A DNA stretch of 49,894 nt from Nemertoderma westbladi (Eukaryota; Animalia; Xenacoelomorpha). This document shows, piece by piece, positions 40,491 through 49,894 of this stretch. The first letter of the stretch is position 1; each line of letters begins with the position of its first letter. The stretch lies in assembly GCA_032718475.1 (NCBI GenBank), contig JAUCBJ010008753.1, positions 1-49,894 on the forward strand. Reading direction: 5' to 3'. The notes under the pieces were generated by a model that was given only the letters and a program-made list of their open reading frames with translations, had not been told where the DNA came from and did no database searches. Position numbers and translations under genes: made by a program.

Positions 40491-41075
40491 CTAACAGTAT
40501 TCCTGGGTAGGTGCTGGCGTTAGGGTGGATGTGTATTCCTGGGTAGGTGTTGGCGTTAGGGTGGATGTGTATTCCTGGCTAGGTGTTGGCGTTAGGGTGG
40601 ATGTGTATTCCTGGGTAGGTGTTGGCGTTAGGGTGGATGTGTATTCCTGGGTAGGTGTTGGCGTTCGGGTGGATGTGTATTCCTGGCTAGGTGTTGGCGT
40701 TAGGGTGGATGTGTATTCCTGGGTTGGTGTTGGCGTTAGGGTGGATGTGTATTCCTGGCTAGGTGTTGGCGTTAGGGTGGATGTGTATTCCTGGGTAAGT
40801 GTTGGCGTTAGGGTTGATGTGTATTCCTGGGTAGGTGTTGGCGTTAGGGTGGATGTGTATTCCTGGGTAGGTGTTGGCGTTAGGGTGGATGTGTATTCCT
40901 GGGTAGGTGTTGGCGTTAGGGTGGATGTGTATTCCTGGCTAGGTGTTGGCGTTAGGGTGGATGTGTATTCCTGGGTAGGTGTTGGCATTAGGGTGGAGGT
41001 GTCTGCTATATTGCACTGCACTGGCCGTGTGATACATAGCGACACCAAGGCATATAGATACGCTGAACGCAACAT
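40491..41075 (-). CDS. Possible secreted mucin-like Thr/Pro-rich protein
   Basis: True ATG; signal-peptide-like MLRSAYLYALVSLCITRPVQC; then ~14 TPTP(T/S)QEYTSTL repeats. The open frame could be a by-product of the repeat. Confidence 0.4.
   Translation of the reverse strand: MLRSAYLYALVSLCITRPVQCNIADTSTLMPTPTQEYTSTLTPTPSQEYTSTLTPTPTQEYTSTLTPTPTQEYTSTLTPTPTQEYTSTLTPTLTQEYTSTLTPTPSQEYTSTLTPTPTQEYTSTLTPTPSQEYTSTRTPTPTQEYTSTLTPTPTQEYTSTLTPTPSQEYTSTLTPTPTQEYTSTLTPAPTQEYC
40496..41003. repeat. 36-bp repeat GTGTATTCCTGGGTAGGTGTTGGCGTTAGGGTGGAT, ~14 copies
   Basis: Read directly. Confidence 0.97.
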
Positions 41076-41224
41076 TGAGTTTCATCTGGGTATTATAGTT
41101 CTGCGTAATCCCCGGCATACAACGGCCAAATAAAACTTTACTTTTACTCCGTATGTTCATGCACCACCCCCACCCAATGAATACCCTTCCTTTAGTATTT
41201 GTTCTCTATTGCAGCTGCATTTTT

Positions 41225-41470
41225 AAGAATGCTGTGCCGGCTTGTCGACAGAATTGTGCCGCCATAACTCCCTATCACCCATGACATTTGCTAGATCATC
41301 CGCATCTTCAAGGCAGTGTCCTTTAAGATGCGTCTCAAGATAGTCATGGGCTGTCCACCATGCTTATTCACTCCATGAGGCTGCCAAAGTACAAGATTAT
41401 GCACTGGCTGGTCCTCGCGGCGAAAGCAATGTCCTGCAAAGTGGAGGCGATTTTGTTCTAGTGTCAAGCT
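41225..41470 (-). mobile_element. RTE-like LINE 3' remnant
   Basis: Reverse-complement similarity to ~26895-27135. Confidence 0.75.
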
Positions 41471-42130
41471 GGGGGAGTAGTAGGAGAAGCAGTGTCCCCC
41501 TCATAGTCCTCCCTAGCTTGGGCTATGGGCATTCCATTCGGAGGGCTATTAAAAATGCCAAATTCTGGTGCTAAATTGCGGTGCGCGCCATATGTCACCA
41601 TCGACAGTTGCCATCAACCAATCGTAGCGTAGCCTAACCTCGCGATGCCCGCCTTACTCGACTACTGACTAACTACTAACCCTAATGTTATTCACCTTTT
41701 CGCCACGTTACCACCACCACTGTATACTGTATATGGTGACGACAACGACGACGTGGCCATCTACACGCATCACGCATATATTATATTATATCGATTGCCA
41801 ACTCCTCGACTGCTGTCGCCAAACCAACAAACCAACCAGTATGATACATGAAATTCCGCCACGTTCCAGCTACGCGTATATGAGCAATAGTGATTATTAT
41901 TATTATTATTACGCAGAAGCAAATAATTTTTGATTATACAGTAGTTCCCTACCGGCTAATCAACCAATCAATAAACCGAATATAGGCTATTTCTCAGTTT
42001 AAGACCTGTATTATTTTTGAAAATATCTTATATATAATCTCTTGCTTTAATCACAATTAATCATTTGTAATCGTTTTAGTTTAAAAGTTTTTACTTTGTT
42101 TGTTTGATTTACAATAAAATAAATTAAATA

Positions 42131-42574
42131 ATGTCTTCTAATTCCGATATGGTTATGCCAATAGTAAGGCATTCATTTTTTGCAGAAGATGGTGAAGCCT
42201 ATATTGTTATTGATTATACAATTTACCGTCGGGGAGATGATAAATATAAAATTGAGTTTTCTGAAAAAGCCAGGAAAGTTTTAAGCTCAATTGATATTGA
42301 TGCTTCTGATAATAGTATTCATCTCTTAGATTACAACCTGAAAGTTGAGCATGAGGGAAAATTAATCAATATCTTACTATTGTCCATGATAGAGGGGTTA
42401 ATTGTTATTACACAATATAACGAAGCTGGTGAAAAGTTTGAAATACGGCTAAATCGGCATAGCCCCTACGAAATTATGTCTTTCTTTATTGTAATGATTT
42501 CAAAAGAATCCTTTGTCGAAACTGAAGAATCAACAGATAATGTTGAATATGTTGATAATATCATTGATTCTTGA
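42131..42574 (+). CDS. Hypothetical 147-aa acidic protein (Polinton-associated)
   Basis: Intact intronless ORF in very AT-rich DNA with an A-rich leader; no family recognised. Confidence 0.6.
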   Translation: MSSNSDMVMPIVRHSFFAEDGEAYIVIDYTIYRRGDDKYKIEFSEKARKVLSSIDIDASDNSIHLLDYNLKVEHEGKLINILLLSMIEGLIVITQYNEAGEKFEIRLNRHSPYEIMSFFIVMISKESFVETEESTDNVEYVDNIIDS

Positions 42575-42762
42575 CTTTTTCCGCTATATTATAAATATTT
42601 TATGATTATTTATAAAATTTTGATGTTTTTAATTATGAAAAAAAAAAACATCAAATTTTAAATAATCGAAAATTGTAGTAGTAATTGTATATACAGTATA
42701 ACAGATTTGTTTGTTGTTGTGTATTGAGGTAATTATTTTCAATTTACTTTAAAATTTGGAAA

Positions 42763-43212
42763 ATGGATATTTTAAATGAAAAATGTCCAGTTTGCTATTC
42801 TAAGTTATTGCAACATCGAGATTATTATAAATGTGAAAATAAACATGCAACTTGCGTACAATGTATTGTACAATATTCACAAATGAATAATTATTGTTCT
42901 AAAATTTGTCCTATTTGTCGCGCACCCATATCTAAGTTTAATATAAAGTTGGCAAGATACCAACCCTATTATTGGAAAGAGCTTCGCAATATAACTTATA
43001 TTTCTGCGGAAAGTAATGATCCGGGAGATTTATTTACAATATTGGAGAATTTTTTTTATAGAAATGTAGTACGACGGTGTTGCTACTATATTCCTTATTT
43101 TTTTAGCAGCGAACATAAAAAAATCATTAGCGCAAAATTATCGGGAAGTGATTTCCAAACCGCCGATGTTACCTATCATTATTTCGCGTATAAAGATGCT
43201 CACCATGCTTGA
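42763..43212 (+). CDS. C3HC4 RING-finger protein (putative E3 ligase), Polinton-associated
   Basis: CPVC..CENKHATCVQC..CPICRAPI; intronless. Confidence 0.8.
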   Translation: MDILNEKCPVCYSKLLQHRDYYKCENKHATCVQCIVQYSQMNNYCSKICPICRAPISKFNIKLARYQPYYWKELRNITYISAESNDPGDLFTILENFFYRNVVRRCCYYIPYFFSSEHKKIISAKLSGSDFQTADVTYHYFAYKDAHHA

Positions 43213-43677
43213 AATTACATTGAAAATGAGTCTACACTATAATTGGAAATAGCAACAAATAATAATAATAATATAATAACAAATATTCAACGAATAGAAA
43301 AATCCAGATTTTACATTACGGATCTAACTCTTAAACTTTTTGTTTATTTTACTTAATTTACCGGTAAAAATTGTACTTCTGTATATCACTCTAATGTTAT
43401 ACATGCCTTACCACAACCCGCTTGTAAATGAGGTCATCAGACCTCAAGCGGCTATTGTGGGTACATAAAAAACATTATGATGATGATGATGGAGCACCTT
43501 TTGTTGCAGCGAGCGTCACATACTGTAGTTGTGTCATATGTTAATTAAATATACAGTACTCTAATATTGTAGTTGCCTCAATTATTGGTATATACATAGT
43601 AATGGTGATGGTTTATTGATATTGATATTTATATTATATTATATTGTATTGTTGATATATCTTAATAATAATAATAA

Positions 43678-44083
43678 ATGGCTGACTTTAATTCAGGTCC
43701 ATATAATTTAAACTTTCAAATGGGAACGAGTATGATAATTTCTGGCCCATCTGGTTCTGGAAAGTCAACATTTGTGAGCAATTTAATTAAACACAAGAAT
43801 GGTTGTTTCAACGAAGCCCCCTTGCGAGTATTGTATTGTTACGGGAGCAATCCCCCAACTATTCCTGGTATTACTCACCTTTACAAAGGTTTGCCAGAAA
43901 ATATAGATAGTTTAGTGAATAGTCGAGATTTATTAATTATAGATGATTTATTAACAGAAACTGAGTCCAGTACAGCTTTAACTGTATTGTTTACTAAGGT
44001 AGCTCATCATTCCAATATATTTATTTGTTTTATAACGCAAAACATGTTTTACGGTGGGAAGCATAACCGCACAAGATCAATTA
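43678..44083 (+). pseudogene. Polinton A32/FtsK-HerA-type DNA packaging ATPase, disrupted
   Basis: Walker A IISGPSGSGKST, YCY, GLP, Walker B LLIIDD, LFTKVAHHSN, ITQNMF, RTRS; broken by the insertion at TA 44082-44083. Confidence 0.88.
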
Positions 44084-45431
44084 CAGTCTTGTTCACAATT
44101 AAAATCCATTCTTCAATCTCCATCAATCTCAGTCAATCTAGTCCCATAGAAAAATAATAGTTAAATTGATGAAATTGAACCTACTTTCAACTTCTTCAAT
44201 CCATACTTTATGTCCAGATTGATCATATTTAACAGATTGAAAATGTATCCCAAGTATCCCTCTGTGCAGAAATGCCATGGTTTAGTAGGGCAGGCTTATC
44301 CATACCTAAAGGAATAAAGAGCAGGGCGGCGAGGCGGCTAGACATAAAGAATAAAGAGCAGGGCGGCTACTTCAAACATCTATAGGCCAGGCTACTATTG
44401 GAATCCCGCAGAGCTTGAGAGTGATTGACAGGCACAGTAACAATACAGATGGTGTATGGTGACTTTCTGAATTGCAGTTTCAGTACACCTGCCGTCTGCA
44501 GAAGTTATTGTCAAATTTATCCTTTCCACTCCAACTCCAAAAGTCAACATGGCATGCCCCCCCCCCCCCCCCCCCCACGTTTGGCCGCCACGTGCAGTAG
44601 GCCCGGACACGCCATAGCCATGGTGGTTAATACATCGTATTCTACGTAGGCTACATTACCTATTGAATGTCAAGAAATCGCCGTGTTGACTGTACAAACT
44701 GTGTAACGAGTTAACGAGTATCATAATAGCCCCCTTGCTTAGACAATAGCTTAAGTTTATGCAGCAAGGGGAAATTGATAAGTACAGTAGGAAAGACTTG
44801 TCTTTTCTGTGGGCCGCATACCCGCATGTATAGATAGAGAGATGTGAGTGTATGAAGTAAAGTTAGGCATGGGCGGGGGAGGGGGGGGGGGGGCGGTTAC
44901 ATTAGGTAGGTTAAATATAATTTTTACTCAGCGCAGTTCGCACTAAAGCGTCTATCAATTATGTTGCCATTTTTTGTTACTTGTCGTTTCCCACCCTCCC
45001 TTGCAATCAATATTAAAACAGACCCCTGCGCCCGCGCCCCTGCGAATGTTTGATAGATTGATTGTTACCTATAAATAATATTCAAACAAAAAATAATTGT
45101 TCTTGTTGATAATTAATTATAATTATGGAATGATCTCTTTATTAGCTACAGTAGTCCAGTAATCAGTGAGTAAAACATTTAATTTGTAAAAGCTATAAAT
45201 AATTATGCTTACTACATGTACTTTATTTGCTTGCAAGTGCCCCATAAGTATCATTGATCCCTGCAATAATCTCTTTTAAACCAACGGCTCTATTTTGGGG
45301 AGCCAACCATGTCCGCCTGTCAATCATTCAGTTGGCTAGAAACCTGCGGCATCATGAAAGATATTTCCAGATTGATAAAATTGAGCAGATTGAACAGATT
45401 GAAGAATGGACTTTAATTGAGAACATAACTG
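44084..45431. mobile_element. Tc1/mariner-like non-autonomous element (1348 bp)
   Basis: TA on both sides; TIRs start CAGT and match at 32/36 positions, followed by TCAATCT subterminal repeats; excision restores ATPase codons RTRSINSH. Confidence 0.8.
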
Positions 45432-45534
45432 TAATAGCCATTGATGAATTATTTCACTATAAGGTAGCATTTGTAGTTTAACTTTAACGTAAAAACTTTT
45501 GAAAATCCGACGTATTTTGATTAAGTTACAGTAA

Positions 45535-46101
45535 TGTAATATGCCTATTCATATTTGTACACATAAAACCCTTAGGTACTCTCGTGGCGTAGTGGTCAGA
45601 TGGTTAAGGCGTTGGTTACATTACGTAGGTTACGAGTTCGAATCCCAGTCGGGAAATTTGTATTTTGGGGCCATTTATTTTCGTGTGGTGCTAATTGGTA
45701 GGCCAATGAGAAGCGTACAGCGTAGCGAATGATGAGCCAGGCCAATCATAGGGCATAAATTATCTTATTGCTCAAATGTGAGGCAGTGGAAAATTCTGTT
45801 AGGATTCCATGTCCCAGATTAGTGTAAGGGCCGGACTGCGTTGAACGATGAGCTGGGCCAATCATAGAGCACGAAGCACTTCATTGCTCAATGGTGAAGC
45901 TGTGGAAAATTCTGTTTAGTTTCCATGTGCAATTTCTAGTATAAAAAGGCCGGTTTGCCTTCGGTTATCACCTTATACTTCGTTACCCCTTTTCTCCACC
46001 TTATAGTTTATTCTTGTAAAATTAGTTAATTCGGTTTCTTGTTGAAACTTTATTTGATAAATCCTTTTGTAAAACTGTAAATATACTGCAATTTCCTGAC
46101 A
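45535..46101 (+). repeat. 5' LTR (~567 bp)
   Basis: TGTAA...TGACA; three CCAAT boxes, ~116-bp tandem duplication (45731/45847), TATAAAAA at 45940. Left boundary inferred without a second LTR. Confidence 0.6.
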
Positions 46102-46111
46102 TGTTTTCTTT

Positions 46112-46122
46112 TGGTCCGACTT
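46112..46122 (+). other. Candidate primer-binding site TGGTCCGACTT (tRNA-Tyr-like)
   Basis: 10 nt after the LTR end; TGG-T-CC complements CCA, A73 and G72, the eukaryotic tRNA-Tyr acceptor end. Confidence 0.5.
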
Positions 46123-48705
46123 CGGGACAGCCGAACACCAGGGAGATGGCAGCCTAGATCGTTAGGCCGTAAGCAACGCAGGGAAGGGATGTCCACAACA
46201 CGCTAGCGCCCACATTGGATCGACCGCGCACCCCCTTTGCCCCTTCGAAATACTCCACTTGCTATGCAGCGCCCGCTTTGTGAGAAGGTAAGACTTTGTT
46301 CGACGCCCTTGCCCGCCGTAAGACCTATAGATCAGGGTAAGCGTGACATCGTACTGGACGCCGCAAATTTAGGATCAAATAATTATATCCAGACAACCCC
46401 CCCCCCCCCCCCCCCTTTGTCAAGTCCTACGAACCCCTGGGTTAACCTGTACTTCCTACAGGTGCGAACTATTGCCATTCGTCAGTACGCGAGTACACAT
46501 TAGGTACGGACAGCATATGTTCCATAATTTAGTGATTCGTAGCACTGACTGTTTGGTACCGGTTTGCTTTGTAGAACGTACATTAGTACCCCCCCCCCCC
46601 TTGTCTGGAGTTAGCTATTTGATCAGGCAAGGAGTATTTCTGCTACCGGCACACTGCTTGGCCTAGGGAGGTTTATTAATATCCTACCGCGCCTTGCCAC
46701 GTACTGATAGGTATTGCTGCTAACTACCGCAGCAACAAAGTTCTAGAATTAAATTAGTATACCAGATCAGCTAACGTACGGTAGCGATTAACCCCTATTC
46801 TTATCTTACAACCAGAATCTGGTATTAGTGCCGATCACGGGTGTAGTTACTAACACTGTGGTTGCCCATTGGGTTGTGGATAGGAAGGAGAGAGCTTTGA
46901 CGTCATTCGTGAGTATAAAGTTCTACAAACGCGACTAGTTTATTTTAGTAGCTAGCGCACGGTATCATTTAGTCAGAAAATCACTAAAACCTAGTAAAAG
47001 GAATTACACGAAATTGTTTTATTTGTAACACACCCACACACACACGCCCTAAAACATATTGCCCTTAAAGTTCTACTAGCTATAGCGTACTATACATTAC
47101 TTTAGGTGGAAATTATCTGTATTTGTAAAATTAGGATCTGATTTAGTTGCGGCGCAATAAGGAGTATTTCACTTTCGTTATTAAACTGTTGTTTGTCTGG
47201 ACAACGGTATTGTTACATTTAGGCTTGACCCTTTAGACTGATTTCGTACAGGGGGATCAGTTATCGTTACATTTAGGTACGACCCCTTTCGACTGATTTA
47301 GGACTGTCAGTGTTGTTACGCTAGGTCTGTTAACCCACTAGCTCGTATATAAACCATATAAATCACACCGCGGCAAGTTACTGTATTTAGGACTGTCAGT
47401 GATAGTTAGGATTCGCTGCGCGGGGATTGTTTTCCCGTGAGTTTGGTCTGTTACTGTAACTGTACATCTGCCTCACCGGTTAGAGGACAGGTATCCTTCT
47501 GTCTAGTACGTAGGCATTAGACCCGCTCACGTACATAGAATAGATACAAGGCTCTGTTCCTCGCCAGTAGTCGTTTGTGTACTATATCTGTTTGTTTAGA
47601 TATCCTGGACTGGGATTTGTTGTCAGATACTGTACAAGCCCGTATACATTACTAGAGTCTCATAGTAAGATACATCGTTACTAGGATCTGGTAAGCGGTA
47701 TACTACTGGACCCTTACAGTAGGAAGTATTTTATATAAATTAGTGTATAATACTTCTATCATAGTGTATAGTATTCCTACCACAGTAGGAAGTATATTAT
47801 ACAAATTCTGAAATTAGCGTATAGTATAGTTTAGATCTGTTAGCTATTGAAAGTAGGAGATATTTAAAAACTAAGGTTAGTAAATTTAGTAATTTAGAAC
47901 GTCCCCTGCTTCAGTAGGCTTTTAGGGTAGCTAGTACTTTCGTATTTAATCTTTGACTAGCTAACAGTTAGTTTGTAGCACTTTGTTTTACGCCGTGTGT
48001 GTGCGGTGTTACTTTTCGGTACTTGAAAAGGTACATAGGGTTTAAAGACCAATTTGTATCGGTACCTAGGAAGATTTTTCGTAAGCGTAGAAGTAAAACT
48101 CTCACCTTCGACCTTTTCAGGACTCAAGGACTCATTTCTGGACCGCTTCGAGGATTAGACCGCTTTTCGCAAAGTTTGGGAGACAATAAATTCGTCCGCG
48201 CCGCCGAAAAACGGAAAGACCCACGTCCGGTTTGTATTTGGGAATTTGTACGACTGGAAGATCAAAGGAACGTAAGTTTTACGACTCGCGTCGTTCAAAC
48301 TTAAGAAAGCACAGTAGTACTCAAAATTTGTGGGTTTCACTGTCTATTAGTAGTGTTGTTGGTACTTATTTTCCCGTTAGACGTTGCTGTTTGGCCTATT
48401 GTTTATACTTGTTGATCTATATTTTGTTAACGTATACCGTTATCTCACTTATTCGTACAAATTTAGCCGGTAGGCTAGATTACTACTTATTTTATTATAT
48501 ACCTTGTTAGTTTATTTGTACCGGTTAGGGTATATATATGATATATATATATATCAAGGTAAGTTTGACATTTGTACATTTCGACATTTTGACATTTCGA
48601 CATTCTGACTTGTTGATTTATTTGTACCGGTTAGGTAAGTTTGACTTGACTTAACATTCAGACACTTGACATTTTATTACCCGTACTTGACGTATATAAT
48701 AAGAC

Positions 48706-49894
48706 ATGAGTGACACACCCCATTCGACGAGATACCCACCTACCGACTATGACTCGTGCGACCCGGACAGATCGACAGTAGACGAACCGAGAAGGAGAAC
48801 CCGAGATTCCACCGATGTCACACCGCTTGCGTCGCCGGTACCCCGAACGGAAATACCGGAAGCCGCAACGCGTGGCGACGGCAGAATCGAAGATTTCCTT
48901 ACCGTCCCGCAGACTAGATCGCGGGAACCGGACATGGTAAGTTCGACTGGAAGCCAGGAGAACGTTATTAGAAGTATAGGAGGACACATGGCCCAGATTA
49001 CTCGGAACCTCGGAGAAGGTTTTCGCGTTTTACGCGAGTTAACCGCCCCGATGTCGAGATACGAGTTCTACACCTTACAGGTAAGAATAGAAAGTAGGGT
49101 ACATGCCTCCGTAGATAAACTTAAAGGTTTGCACGAACTTGCAGAGTTGCGTGGCGACAACTTTACTCAGGTAAAGATAGTAGATAAATTGGTAAGTGCG
49201 AGAGAAAGCCTTATCCAGTTTAAGTCGGTAATAAGCTTGGCTCAACAGGAGCAGTTCGACCAACTGCTAGGTGAGTCAGTTTCGGACGCGTTGTTACAAC
49301 CCGAAGAGGAAGAAGAACTCTACTGCCTGGACGGAAGGTTGGAAACGCTGACCAATTTTCTTCGTAGATGCGGCGTACCGATCGACGAACCGGAAGTCGA
49401 ACCGCGAGGGACGACGGAAGTTCTCACTACGGAAGGCTCGCGAGCCTACCAACATCCACCACTGGATAGATCGTTCGTTAGCGTACGGAGCGACGTTGGC
49501 AACGTTGGCGACGTTAGTAGAACAGCGTCTGGAATTACTCGACAACAACAGGAGGTTGCACGCCGACAACAAGTCGCCGAGGAAGAAGCGCGACACCAGA
49601 TGGCACAGATCGCCATCGAAGGAGAGAAACAACATAGAGAAGCGGAGGCAAGAATTGCACAACTCAAGGCGCAAGCCGAATTCGAAGCTTCGGAAATGCG
49701 CAGACTGGAGGAGGACTTAGTGCGAGAAGCGGCAGCTGACGAGTTAGCACGGAAGAAAGCAGCATCCGACGCTCATGCCAAGTTGGAGGCGCGGCAAATA
49801 AACGCTCGATTAGCTATACAGGAAGCGGAATTAGCGGCACAACAACAGGATGCAGATCGACGCAAAAGGGAGATGCAACTACAGTTCGAATTGA
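48706..49894 (+). CDS. Gag-like polyprotein N-terminus, >396 codons, open to the window end
   Basis: Manually translated stop-free frame from ATG 48706 (MSDTPHST..RSIGGHMAQITR..EAEARIAQLKAQAEFEA..); long E/A/R/Q coiled coil; absent from the ORF track because it has no stop. Confidence 0.75.
   Translation, partial: MSDTPHSTRYPPTDYDSCDPDRSTVDEPRRRTRDSTDVTPLASPVPRTEIPEAATRGDGRIEDFLTVPQTRSREPDMVSSTGSQENVIRSIGGHMAQITRNLGEGFRVLRELTAPMSRYEFYTLQVRIESRVHASVDKLKGLHELAELRGDNFTQVKIVDKLVSARESLIQFKSVISLAQQEQFDQLLGESVSDALLQPEEEEELYCLDGRLETLTNFLRRCGVPIDEPEVEPRGTTEVLTTEGSRAYQHPPLDRSFVSVRSDVGNVGDVSRTASGITRQQQEVARRQQVAEEEARHQMAQIAIEGEKQHREAEARIAQLKAQAEFEASEMRRLEEDLVREAAADELARKKAASDAHAKLEARQINARLAIQEAELAAQQQDADRRKREMQLQFEL

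Larger units (their letters stand above)
41476..45442 (+). mobile_element. Truncated Polinton/Maverick: terminus plus three genes, interrupted by a mariner-like insertion
   Basis: Begins AGTAGTAG where LINE similarity stops; three intronless AT-rich ORFs, one a Polinton-type packaging ATPase. No polymerase, integrase or capsid genes in the window. Confidence 0.7.
45535..49894 (+). mobile_element. 5' part of an LTR retrotransposon, probably BEL/Pao
   Basis: LTR-like block, TGG primer-binding site, 2.6-kb leader and a long GC-richer ORF running off the window; pol and 3' LTR not visible. Confidence 0.7.

Noticed and set aside
40496-41003. Common origin with the large 36-bp satellite
   Set aside because: Same period and 15/18 identity in the G-rich half, but the other half is unrelated and lacks the hairpin; chance similarity cannot be excluded.
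45581-45655. Functional tRNA gene
   Set aside because: A and B boxes are present but no convincing acceptor or anticodon stem.
48658-49720. Short antisense and alternate-frame ORFs in the track
   Set aside because: Shadows of the + strand gag-like frame starting at 48706.

Overview
AT-rich animal genomic DNA, probably lophotrochozoan (inferred from a spliced innexin and invertebrate-type repeats); not prokaryotic and no CRISPR. About 45% is tandem repeat. The largest array is ~16 kb of a 36-bp hairpin satellite that appears to have amplified from inside a SINE-like element (its flanks bracket the array, and an unamplified copy lies at 29.8 kb); a solo LTR with a 5-bp TSD interrupts it. Host genes are all on the minus strand: a tail-anchored acidic protein (25.0-27.3 kb), an innexin (31.7-33.3 kb), a FAM181-like gene (38.1-39.3 kb) and a possible secreted mucin-like ORF (40.5-41.1 kb). 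The right end is a mobile-element nest: an RTE-like LINE remnant, a Polinton/Maverick end carrying an orphan ORF, a RING-finger ORF and the packaging ATPase (split by a TA-flanked Tc1/mariner-like insertion), then the 5' LTR, PBS, 2.6-kb leader and gag-like ORF of a probable BEL/Pao retrotransposon. Most ORFs in the supplied track are repeat artefacts. Family assignments come from motif recognition, not database searches.
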